A stretch of 64,000 bases of DNA, from the NCBI GenBank assembly GCA_051252375.1, contig JBPOFY010000004.1, positions 64,001 through 128,000 on the forward strand. The letters are read 5' to 3'. Position numbers and translations under genes: made by a program. Numbering within the stretch: the stretch's first letter is position 1; each line of letters begins with the position of its first letter. The stretch is from Opitutaceae bacterium (GTDB taxonomy: Bacteria > Verrucomicrobiota > Verrucomicrobiia > Opitutales > Coraliomargaritaceae). Below, piece by piece: positions 1 to 9,305 of the stretch. The notes under the pieces are model-generated. The model saw nothing but the letters and a program-made list of their open reading frames with translations, was not told where the DNA came from and searched no databases.

Positions 1-3000
1 GCCGATGGCAACATCTGGGTCGGCACTGCTTTAGGCCTGCACCGACTCAATAAACAGCAAAACGGTTTCATTTATTACCACTCCGTCGAATCCAACCCAC
101 GCTCGCTTGCCGACAGTGCCGTCGTTCACACCATCACAGATAAGCACGGTCACTTCTGGGTCCTCACCCGAACAGGTCTACATCGCTATGTTCCTGAAAC
201 GGATGATTTCACCCGTTTCGACAAACCGGAGGAATTTACTACAGGTGTTCATTTTCTAGATCTAGTTCAAACAGAAGACGGCATGTTTTGGATGACCTCC
301 TCTTTATCCGGCGTTCATTCATTTGATCCAGAATCCAACAAATTTGAATTTCATCACAACCCTAACATCCCCCCAGGGAAGCGCTGGCGTCGACAGATTG
401 AAGTCGATCCGGATCAGAGCCGCCTCTGGTTGGCGCTCAGTGAAGCCGGACTATATTCCTTCAATATTGAAAGCAGCACATTCACACACTACCCCGTAGA
501 CCCGGATCGCCCGGCAGAGGCGCCACCTAGTCAACAAGCATACGATGTTTTACACTTAGATCCGGACAATCTGGCAATCGCTTACGATCAGTCTGGACTG
601 TGTATTTTTAATAAAAAAACCAAGCGTTTCACCTATTTGGGTAAAAAAGCCCAAAAACCGACGCAATTAATCAGTGACGGCATCTACACGCTTCACAAAG
701 ACTACGAAGGCATCCTATGGGTGGGCACCACACGCGCGGGCATTTACTACAGTAATCCGAACCGCTATAAATTCGAAACCTATACGCCCAACCTGCCAGA
801 CATTGACTCGAGGCTATCAGGGCACCTAGCAAGCAGCATCTATGAAGATTCCGAAGGAGGCATTTGGATCGGCACGGACGGCAGTGGCATTAACTATCTC
901 GATCGCAACACGGGCAAGATCACCATTTATAACACAGATAACTCCTCGTTAAGCTCTGGCACGATTCGCAACATTATCGAGGATAACCATGGCACCATCT
1001 GGGTGGCAACATGGGACGCCGGTCTGAATCGCTTCGACAAAGCCACGAAACAATTACAACCGGTTGGGTTGCCTGAAATTGTGACCAGCCAATTGGGACA
1101 TCACGGCATCTGGCGTTTAGCAATCGACCAAAAGAATCGCTTCTGGATCACCAGCGGTCCCAACTTGTTCGTCCTCGACGAGCACTTAACCCTGATCAAG
1201 CAGCACACCTTCAAAGGCGTTGATTTCGTAGCTCAGCCACGCCTCTTCACAGACGAAGACTTCATTCTGAACATAAACACCCATGGTGCAAATATCATCG
1301 ACGTCGATACGCTCGAATTAAACCCGCTGATTGAAAACGAGAAAATCATTGATATGGCACGCGACGCAGATGGTCGTTACTACTTCGCCACTGCGCACAC
1401 AGGCATACTAATCTACGAGCCCGACCTTACTTATCTGAAAACCATTTACAATGCAGATACGTTTTCAAAAACAATCCTTCGCAGTCTCCAAGTAGGAAAT
1501 GACAATGCGATTTGGGCCAGCAGCGAGAATGGCATGTATCGCATTCCATTAGACAGCGAAAAGATCAGCCACTTCAGCAAAGCGGACGGACTACAAGGGA
1601 ATGCTTACTTCCCTCAAAGCTCAGCCAGACTACGCGACGGGACGATCGTCTTTGGAGGCACCGACGGCGTCAGTTTCTGGAAACCTGAAACTCCAGTTAC
1701 GGTGGCTAATACAGCGACAGTTCAAATTGATGAGTTTCGTATTTGGAATGTTTCTACCGGCTTCGAGGGACTAAGATTATCAGGCAGTAACGATCAAAAA
1801 AACCAGCAGTCCGTAACAATGGATTGGGATAAAAAGATGTTTGGCATTGGCTTCACTACGGTTGACTTCACCTACCCGGAAAAAACTACCTATGCTTATA
1901 AGTTAAATGGTTTCGATCAGGACTGGGTCTATACCGACAGTAGCAATCGTTTAGCGACCTACACAAACTTGGACCCGGGCGAGTATGAGTTCGTTGTCCG
2001 AGCAGCGAACTCTCAAGGAGTCTGGACAGATAATGACGCAACTTTAAAAGTCTTCATCGCGGCTCCATTCTGGATGAAGAGCTGGTTCCACCTATTGTCA
2101 GCAGTCATCGCATTTGTTATTATTTATGCCTACATTAGATATCGCTCTCGGAAACAAGTAGCAGAATCAAAGCGCCTAAAAACACAGATTGAAGAACGCT
2201 CGAAGCTCGTGCAAGAGATGGCAGTCGCGAAGAACCGAGCCGAGGAATCGGATCGTTTAAAGTCTTTATTCCTAGCAAATATGTCGCATGAAATTCGCAC
2301 GCCGATGAATGCGATTCTCGGCTTTTCACAATTGCTGTCAGACTCAACTTACAGCGACGAAGAGAAGGCGTCCTTCGTGGAGCATATTGGCCAAGGCTCT
2401 GAATCACTACTACACATCATCGAAGACATCCTCGACTATTCCATGATCGAGGCGAACCAACTAAAGGTTCAGAATAAACCCTTCCGATTGGATGACTTAC
2501 TGGATCAGCTATACGCTAGATTTATAATGCAGCCCAAGAGGGACGAAGTGGAGTTCCGGACGCACGGGTTAAATGAGGCGCAAGGTGTCATCATTGATTC
2601 CGACCCCTATCGACTGACTCAAATCATCTCCAACCTACTAAGCAATGCGCTTAAATTCACGCAAGCCGGCTATGTTGAATTTGGACTACGTAAGAGCCCA
2701 AATGATTATACGATCTACGTAAAAGATACAGCTGGCGGCATGGATCAGACTGAGAAAAAAGCCATCTACTCTGAATTTGTCCGCCTTGAACGCCACGAGA
2801 AGGATGCCATACGCGGAGTCGGCCTAGGACTCGCGATCAGTCATCGACTTGCCTGCCTATTAGATTTCAAGCTATCGCTCGAGAGTGAACTCGGATCCGG
2901 ATCAGAATTTTACGTTCAGATCCCCATTAACAAAGTGGCTCTACCAGAGAATAAGTTAAGCTCGAACAAGCAACACACTCCCTCGAAAGACTATAACTGG

Positions 3001-3363
3001 GAGGCTCAACGCATACTCATAGCCGAAGACGACAACACCAACGTAGCCTTCCTAAAAAAAGCACTCGAGCCCAGCAAAATTAATGTCGACTGGGCTAAGA
3101 ATGGCGAAGACGCAGTCAACTACGTCAAAGAACACGGGGATGCATACGACTTAATACTCATGGATATCAGCATGCCAATAATGGGAGGTTACGAAGCACT
3201 CGAGTTAATAAGAAAGCTCCGACCAAACTTAAAGGTCGTTGCACAAACCGCCCATTCGATGCAGCAAGACCGCGAGCGGTTGGAACAAGCTGGATTCGAA
3301 GACCAGCTCTACAAACCGATCAAGAAGACGGATCTTTTATCCACCATCGCGAAGTTCTTGTAG
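1..3363 (+). CDS. Hybrid sensor histidine kinase/response regulator with periplasmic beta-propeller (Reg_prop) and Y_Y_Y domain; 5'-partial
   Basis: Frame +1 is open from base 1 (ADGNIWVGTALGL...). Repeated IWIGT/LWVGT propeller motifs, Y_Y_Y (YAYKLNGFDQDW...YTNLDPGEYEFVVRAANSQGVW), TM helix, H-box FLANMSHEIRTPMN, N-box NLLSNALKFT, GVGLGL, C-terminal receiver (ILIAEDD...LMDISMP...KP). Confidence 0.93.
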   Translation, partial: ADGNIWVGTALGLHRLNKQQNGFIYYHSVESNPRSLADSAVVHTITDKHGHFWVLTRTGLHRYVPETDDFTRFDKPEEFTTGVHFLDLVQTEDGMFWMTSSLSGVHSFDPESNKFEFHHNPNIPPGKRWRRQIEVDPDQSRLWLALSEAGLYSFNIESSTFTHYPVDPDRPAEAPPSQQAYDVLHLDPDNLAIAYDQSGLCIFNKKTKRFTYLGKKAQKPTQLISDGIYTLHKDYEGILWVGTTRAGIYYSNPNRYKFETYTPNLPDIDSRLSGHLASSIYEDSEGGIWIGTDGSGINYLDRNTGKITIYNTDNSSLSSGTIRNIIEDNHGTIWVATWDAGLNRFDKATKQLQPVGLPEIVTSQLGHHGIWRLAIDQKNRFWITSGPNLFVLDEHLTLIKQHTFKGVDFVAQPRLFTDEDFILNINTHGANIIDVDTLELNPLIENEKIIDMARDADGRYYFATAHTGILIYEPDLTYLKTIYNADTFSKTILRSLQVGNDNAIWASSENGMYRIPLDSEKISHFSKADGLQGNAYFPQSSARLRDGTIVFGGTDGVSFWKPETPVTVANTATVQIDEFRIWNVSTGFEGLRLSGSNDQKNQQSVTMDWDKKMFGIGFTTVDFTYPEKTTYAYKLNGFDQDWVYTDSSNRLATYTNLDPGEYEFVVRAANSQGVWTDNDATLKVFIAAPFWMKSWFHLLSAVIAFVIIYAYIRYRSRKQVAESKRLKTQIEERSKLVQEMAVAKNRAEESDRLKSLFLANMSHEIRTPMNAILGFSQLLSDSTYSDEEKASFVEHIGQGSESLLHIIEDILDYSMIEANQLKVQNKPFRLDDLLDQLYARFIMQPKRDEVEFRTHGLNEAQGVIIDSDPYRLTQIISNLLSNALKFTQAGYVEFGLRKSPNDYTIYVKDTAGGMDQTEKKAIYSEFVRLERHEKDAIRGVGLGLAISHRLACLLDFKLSLESELGSGSEFYVQIPINKVALPENKLSSNKQHTPSKDYNWEAQRILIAEDDNTNVAFLKKALEPSKINVDWAKNGEDAVNYVKEHGDAYDLILMDISMPIMGGYEALELIRKLRPNLKVVAQTAHSMQQDRERLEQAGFEDQLYKPIKKTDLLSTIAKFL

Positions 3364-3542
3364 TCGTATAATTCCATAAAAGGAGTCAGACATAAGAAGT
3401 CAGTAGCCAGAAGCTTTGGTGATGATTCATTTACAAAAATGCAAGGGCGTGCCAATCGGCCCCTTCGATTAAGAACTAGACTGCATCAGCGATTGTGTCA
3501 TTTTCGCAAAATTCCAACACAGACACTTCTACTCCCTTCACG

Positions 3543-4268
3543 ATGAGCCGCCCTCCCCGGATTGACCAAACCTTAAGTCGCCTAGGCTACACTAGCCGCA
3601 GAGAGGCACCTCAATGGGCAAAAAAGGGGCGCATCACCACCCGCGATGGCGCGATCTTAAAGAAATGCGACGTGCGACACGACATCGCGGACCTCTTAGT
3701 AGACGGTGAGCCCTTAGAGGCACCAAATGGCTTATACATTCTCCTGAATAAACCAGCAGGCTTGGTCTGCTCGCATGAAGAACGTGAAGGTCCCTCTATC
3801 TACGACATTCTTCCAGCACGTTGGCTGCGGCGCAATCCCCTGCCCGCGTCAATTGGTCGACTGGATAAAGATACCACTGGTCTCATTTTAATCACGGACG
3901 ATGGCACACTGAATCACCGCCTCTCATCGCCGAAACACCACGTGCCCAAAGTCTATGAATTAACAGTCGACGCCGATATCCCACAGTCCGCGATTGAGTT
4001 GTTTGCCGCCGGCACATTGATGCTCGAAAAGGAAGATAAGCCATGCCTGCCCGCCGAGCTAACACTGACTGGCACTCAAACCGCACGCCTCGTGCTACAC
4101 GAAGGCCGTTACCATCAAGTGAAGCGGATGATGGAGGCCGTGGGTTGCACCGTCACTCAGTTGCACCGCTGCCAATTCGGAGAGCTTACACTTGGCGATC
4201 TAGAAGAAGGACAATGGCGCTCATTGAACGAAGAAGATCTAAAATCCTTCGGAACTACAGATAAGTAA
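3543..4268 (+). CDS. rsuA: 16S rRNA pseudouridine(516) synthase, RsuA family
   Basis: S4-like N-terminus, NKPAGLVCS, catalytic GRLDKDTTGL and EGRYHQVKRM motifs. Start is probably ATG 3543; the track start 3495 is GTG. Confidence 0.88.
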   Translation: MSRPPRIDQTLSRLGYTSRREAPQWAKKGRITTRDGAILKKCDVRHDIADLLVDGEPLEAPNGLYILLNKPAGLVCSHEEREGPSIYDILPARWLRRNPLPASIGRLDKDTTGLILITDDGTLNHRLSSPKHHVPKVYELTVDADIPQSAIELFAAGTLMLEKEDKPCLPAELTLTGTQTARLVLHEGRYHQVKRMMEAVGCTVTQLHRCQFGELTLGDLEEGQWRSLNEEDLKSFGTTDK

Positions 4269-4365
4269 CCACTGTCGATTAATTTGCCCAACCTTCTAGT
4301 TTGCATCCACCACACAATAGGCTTGAACCAAACCTAGTATTTCCCGCGTATAGACCACTGTTATT

Positions 4366-6027
4366 ATGTTGAACTCCAAGATCCTCTCCTCTCGCCTCGC
4401 ACTATTTGCTATATTGCTGTGCAGTCCCTTACTGTCTGCGTTGGCTAGTCGAGCGCCTCAGCATTTGATCTTCTCCTACATGGGCGATCCGTCGACCACC
4501 TTGACGGCAAATTGGCAATCACTACTCGAGGCAACAGACGGCAACACAGAATCGCTACAGGCGGGCACTGCGGTCGTGTATTATGATTTAGAATCACGTG
4601 GGGGCATTGCAGGGAATTATGCGCACAAGGTAACAGGGGAAGCCTTCCAGATCGACGGACTCAAAGATCGATTTATCTACCGCGCGCAGCTCACCAACCT
4701 CACACCCAACACGACTTACTATATTGCGGTGGGTAACGAACTAACGGGAATCTCATCTGAAGTCATGGTGCGCACGATCCCTGAGGATGAAACACCCATC
4801 CGCTTTGTGACCGGTGGCGATATGGGAGTGAGTGAAGACATGCGCTTACTATTAGAAAATGCTGCCACTCATAATCCACGCTTCGCCGTAATTGGCGGAG
4901 ATGTCGCTTATGCAAATGGTAGGCTCAAGAGCATAAAGAGTTGGGATGCTTGGTTGAAGTTTTACACAAATGAGATGGTCACCCCGCGCGGGTTTTCCAT
5001 ACCGATGGTGTTAGCGATCGGCAATCATGAGGTGGATGGAGCTTTTGGAAGGTCTAAAAAGGACGCACCCTTTTACTTCAGTTTCTTCGGGCAAGACCCC
5101 GACCTCACTTATTTCACACGTCAATTCGGCAAAAACTTTGTGCTATTTTCCTTGGATAGTGGGCATGTCGCGACACATGAATCTCAGGCGCCATGGTTGG
5201 AGCAGCAGCTAGAAGCTTATGCCAACATCAAGCACACCGCCGCAGTGTATCACGTGCCGCTCTACCCCACTCATCGAGGATTTGCAGAGCAATACTCAGA
5301 AGAAGGCCGAACCTTTTGGGGCCCACTGTTTGATAAATATGCCCTCGATGTGGCCTTTGAAAACCATGACCACACTTTTAAGCGCACACATCTACTAAAG
5401 GGAGGCGCCATCACAAAGGACGGAAGTGGCACACTCTACTTAGGCGATGGTTGCTGGGGGCGCTCTGCTCGTGAGATCGATTATATGAAACGCTGGTATA
5501 TTGATGCGATTGGCAGTATACAGCACTTTTGGGTGGTGGATGTTAATGCAACAGAGATGGTCTACAAGGCCGTGGATATCGACAACCAGGTCTTTGACAT
5601 CTATCCCTTGAATAAGCCTGAAGCCGTTGCCGCGGAGGCCGTTTTTTCCGAAAAGAAGCATGGATATTTGTTCCCTAGTAACGCCTTACAAGTCGAAGGC
5701 TTTACAAATGTTGCACCACAATGGGAGGGAGGACAAACCACCCTTCAAGTTAAGAATCCGTTTGATTTCACTATCACTTGTGAGCTGCGTGCGAGCATCC
5801 CCAAGAACTCCTTAACAGTAGAAGGTCTGCCAGCGAAACCCATCGTCTTAAAAGCGGGTGAGGAGCAAAGCTTCGACATCACATTCGTCCCGAGCAAAGG
5901 CTCCACAGTGGACACTAAAAAACTCAAGCTAGGGATCGCAGTAAAACTAAAATTCAACGATGCAAATACGAGTGAATCGATCGAGTTGAAGAAAACCGTC
6001 TCCGTTCCACTGCGCGTTAAAAAGTAG
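4366..6027 (+). CDS. Secreted purple acid phosphatase-like metallophosphoesterase (FN3-like N-domain, calcineurin-like domain, C-terminal Ig-like domain)
   Basis: Signal peptide and the metal-ligand motifs GDMG, GDVAY, GNHE, YHVP, NHDH. Confidence 0.85.
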   Translation: MLNSKILSSRLALFAILLCSPLLSALASRAPQHLIFSYMGDPSTTLTANWQSLLEATDGNTESLQAGTAVVYYDLESRGGIAGNYAHKVTGEAFQIDGLKDRFIYRAQLTNLTPNTTYYIAVGNELTGISSEVMVRTIPEDETPIRFVTGGDMGVSEDMRLLLENAATHNPRFAVIGGDVAYANGRLKSIKSWDAWLKFYTNEMVTPRGFSIPMVLAIGNHEVDGAFGRSKKDAPFYFSFFGQDPDLTYFTRQFGKNFVLFSLDSGHVATHESQAPWLEQQLEAYANIKHTAAVYHVPLYPTHRGFAEQYSEEGRTFWGPLFDKYALDVAFENHDHTFKRTHLLKGGAITKDGSGTLYLGDGCWGRSAREIDYMKRWYIDAIGSIQHFWVVDVNATEMVYKAVDIDNQVFDIYPLNKPEAVAAEAVFSEKKHGYLFPSNALQVEGFTNVAPQWEGGQTTLQVKNPFDFTITCELRASIPKNSLTVEGLPAKPIVLKAGEEQSFDITFVPSKGSTVDTKKLKLGIAVKLKFNDANTSESIELKKTVSVPLRVKK

Positions 6028-6190
6028 GCAATAAAGGGCAACTCCTGCTGTAGCTCCTCATGGGGAGTCACAGTGAGCAACTCAGCCCACCAGAGGCACA
6101 CAACAAGCCATCAGCCTCAATAAATGGTCCACGATTTCTCGTTGAATAAGGTTAGTGGTTCATGTAAATTTGCGGGTCTACCACTACCCC

Positions 6191-8605
6191 ATGTCTTCTA
6201 TCACTGATCAAATCCGCCGCCTCTTTAAAAAGATTGGCTTAGGTCAATCTGCAAAAACAAATGCCTCACTAGAGGCACAACGCAGACGCTATCAAAATAT
6301 CATAGACGGCACGAATGCTGGAACTTGGGATTGGAACATCGTTACAGGAGAAGTAATCATCAATGAACGTTGGGCTGGAATTATCGGGTTCACTCGAGAA
6401 GAGATCAACCCGATCAGCTTTAAGACTTGGGAACAAAGGGTCCACCCAGAGGATCTTCAGTTCACCCGCGACTCTCTGGACAAACATTTCTCCGGAAAAC
6501 TCGAATATTACGATGTGCAGTTTCGGCAATTACACAAAGACGGTAACTGGCGCTGGGTGCATGCTCGGGGCAAAGTCGTTGAGCGATCTGATGAGGGCCA
6601 GCCACTGCAAATGAGCGGCACGCATATCGACGTCACCCAGCGTAAAGAGGCTAAAATCAGCTTGGCAAAATCCCAGCGAATGTTGCGCAACATTCTAGAC
6701 AACATTCCGGTTCGCGTCATCTGGAAAGACCATAACAGTAAATTCCTTGGCGGCAATTTACTCATGGCAAAAGATTTGGGCTTGAACGAGACGAATGATC
6801 TCATCGGTAAAGACGATTACGATTTTTCAACCGAAGAGATCGCCAGGGAATTCCAAATAGACGACAAGGAAATCATGAAGACGAAAGTCCCTCGTCTCAA
6901 CTACGAGGAGAGTCAGACTTTCGAAGACGGTCATATTCAGCGATTGCGTAAATCCAAACTACCATTACAGGACGATAATGGCGAGGTCATCGGTGTGCTC
7001 ACCACCTACGAAGATATCACTGCAAGTAGCGAGACCGCGATGCGTTTGGCGGAATCGCAACTGATGCTTCGTAATATCCTCGACCACGTGCCCATTCGTG
7101 TTTTCTGGAAAGACCGCAACTGCAAGTTCCTTGGCGCGAATCAACTCGTCGCGGATGACCTAGGACTGAATGATGTGAATGATTTAATCGGAATGGATGA
7201 TTTCGACTTTTCGACGAAAGAAGCTGCCCAGGCTTTCCAAGCAGACGACAGAGAAATCATGGACTCCAATGTCCCTCGACTGAACTACGTAGAGAGTCAG
7301 GTATTGAAGGACGGAAGCCAGCAATGGCTGCGCACTTCTAAGCTACCGCTAAAGGACCATAGAGGCGAAGTGATCGGCGTGCTCGGCACCTACGAAGACA
7401 TTACCGACATAAGGAATGTGCAAGAAGAGCTCATCCAAGCAAAAGAAGAAGCGGAAGCAGCCAATGCCGCAAAGGACGACTTCCTCGCAGTGATGAGCCA
7501 TGAAATGCGAACACCGCTGAATCCCATCATCGGCTATGCGGACATACTGCTGCAATCCTGTAAAACTGAACCGGAGACGACGTATATCGAAACGATTCAA
7601 AGTGCTGCGAATAGACAGCTGCGCCTCATCGACGACATACTCGACTTCATGCGTATGTATCGAGGCAAAGTCACACCGAGCACGGAGCCATTCAACATCG
7701 TCGACCTATGTGAACTGGTGCTCTTTGACGCCAAAGTAAGCGCTCATGATTTGGAGCTACGATTTGAAAATGGCACACACGGAAACCCCGTCCCACCAGA
7801 ACTGACAATCGACTCAGACTTAATGATGCTACGGCGAGTGCTGGAAAACTTACTGGGGAACGCCTGCAAATATACGCGTAAAGGATCCATCACACTGAGC
7901 ATCTCGAGCGACATCGAAGACCCCGATCTCTACTTAATTAAGGTCGAAGACACCGGTATCGGGATTGACGCAAAAACAACTGAGCATCTATTTGATCCAT
8001 TTAGCCAAGCCGACAGTTCCTACACTCGAAACTATGAAGGCGCGGGCTTGGGCCTCGCAATCTGCAAGAAGCTAACCGAAATCCTCGGTGGAGAAATCAG
8101 TGCCGAAAGCACGCCTGGTAAAGGCTCCTGCTTTACTTTGGCAATTCCTTTTCAGCTAGAACAACCTACGGAACGAAATCAACCCAAAGGCACGGAGCAC
8201 TCCCTGCCAATCTTTTCACAAGTCTTCGACACGCTCATCGTCGAAGACAAAATAGAGAATGCACAAATTGCTCAGACGATGATTGAGCTACTAGGTGGTC
8301 GTTGTAAACACGCCAAAAATGGTCAAATTGCATTGACCCTTTGTAAAAAGAAAAAATTTGATGTGATCCTAATGGATCTCTCCATGCCGACAATGAATGG
8401 CTTAGACGCGACCATTGCATTGCGCAGCACATCCAATCCAAATCAAAACACACCCATCATCGCAGTCACTGCGGATGTTTCACAAAAAGCAATTCACGAC
8501 TGCACAAAAGCAGGCATGAATGGTTACGTCAGCAAACCGATCAATTCGACGCTTCTCTACAAAGCAATTGAAGACGGCATCGCGGCTCAAAATACCTCGA
8601 AGTAA
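6191..8605 (+). CDS. Cytoplasmic multi-PAS hybrid histidine kinase/response regulator
   Basis: PAS_3 (GTWDWNI...VHPED...WRWVHARG), two duplicated PAS_4 domains, H-box FLAVMSHEMRTPLN, NLLGNACKYT, DTGIGI, GAGLGL, receiver (ILMDLSMP...KP). Start is probably ATG 6191. Confidence 0.93.
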   Translation: MSSITDQIRRLFKKIGLGQSAKTNASLEAQRRRYQNIIDGTNAGTWDWNIVTGEVIINERWAGIIGFTREEINPISFKTWEQRVHPEDLQFTRDSLDKHFSGKLEYYDVQFRQLHKDGNWRWVHARGKVVERSDEGQPLQMSGTHIDVTQRKEAKISLAKSQRMLRNILDNIPVRVIWKDHNSKFLGGNLLMAKDLGLNETNDLIGKDDYDFSTEEIAREFQIDDKEIMKTKVPRLNYEESQTFEDGHIQRLRKSKLPLQDDNGEVIGVLTTYEDITASSETAMRLAESQLMLRNILDHVPIRVFWKDRNCKFLGANQLVADDLGLNDVNDLIGMDDFDFSTKEAAQAFQADDREIMDSNVPRLNYVESQVLKDGSQQWLRTSKLPLKDHRGEVIGVLGTYEDITDIRNVQEELIQAKEEAEAANAAKDDFLAVMSHEMRTPLNPIIGYADILLQSCKTEPETTYIETIQSAANRQLRLIDDILDFMRMYRGKVTPSTEPFNIVDLCELVLFDAKVSAHDLELRFENGTHGNPVPPELTIDSDLMMLRRVLENLLGNACKYTRKGSITLSISSDIEDPDLYLIKVEDTGIGIDAKTTEHLFDPFSQADSSYTRNYEGAGLGLAICKKLTEILGGEISAESTPGKGSCFTLAIPFQLEQPTERNQPKGTEHSLPIFSQVFDTLIVEDKIENAQIAQTMIELLGGRCKHAKNGQIALTLCKKKKFDVILMDLSMPTMNGLDATIALRSTSNPNQNTPIIAVTADVSQKAIHDCTKAGMNGYVSKPINSTLLYKAIEDGIAAQNTSK

Positions 8606-8624
8606 CAAGCACTAGCAATTAGAG

Positions 8625-9296
8625 TTAGAGCCATTCATCCGAGGTAAAGACGCCCATACGATATGCCGTCCTGACGGCAGACGGCGCGTTCTTAACATCC
8701 AACTTCTCATAAATATGGCGCACGTGTGCATCCACCGTCGGATAACTGATACCAAGCTTCTCGCTAATTTCTCGCTTCTGTAAACCATCGGCCAACAGCT
8801 CCAACACTTGAAACTCTCGCTCGGAAAGTAGCTTATTCGAGACCAATGGTGTCGGACGTCCCCTCAAACTATTGATCAAATGTTGCGCTACATTGGGGTC
8901 GATGCTGGCACCGCCCTGCATGACATTTCGAATGCCCTCTTTGACCTGCTGCACGGTGGAAGACTTTAAAAGGTATCCCGATGCCCCCAAGGTGATCGCG
9001 CGTATAACATCCGCTGCAGCATCTGATTGGCTGAGCACAACGATCTTAATTTTAGGTAGTCGCTCTTTAAAATAGGGGATCGCATCCAGTCCACTCATGC
9101 CCGGTAAACGCAGATCCAATAAGATCACATCAGGAACGAGTTTTGAACGAATTTTATCGAGGCTACTGACTGCCATTTCTGCCGTGCCGAATTGGCTGAA
9201 AAGCTCCAGGTCATCTTCCCGACCTATCGCAAACTGGATGACTTCACGATATTCATCGTTATCCTCGATTAACATAATTCTAGTAGGCATATTCAT
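8625..9296 (-). CDS. NarL/FixJ-family response regulator (receiver + LuxR HTH)
   Basis: IMLIEDN...LLDLRLPGMSG...GYLLK receiver; LSEREFQVLELLADG...TVDAHVRHIYEKLDV LuxR HTH. Confidence 0.95.
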   Translation of the reverse strand: MNMPTRIMLIEDNDEYREVIQFAIGREDDLELFSQFGTAEMAVSSLDKIRSKLVPDVILLDLRLPGMSGLDAIPYFKERLPKIKIVVLSQSDAAADVIRAITLGASGYLLKSSTVQQVKEGIRNVMQGGASIDPNVAQHLINSLRGRPTPLVSNKLLSEREFQVLELLADGLQKREISEKLGISYPTVDAHVRHIYEKLDVKNAPSAVRTAYRMGVFTSDEWL

Positions 9297-9305
9297 CGTA
9301 ATATA

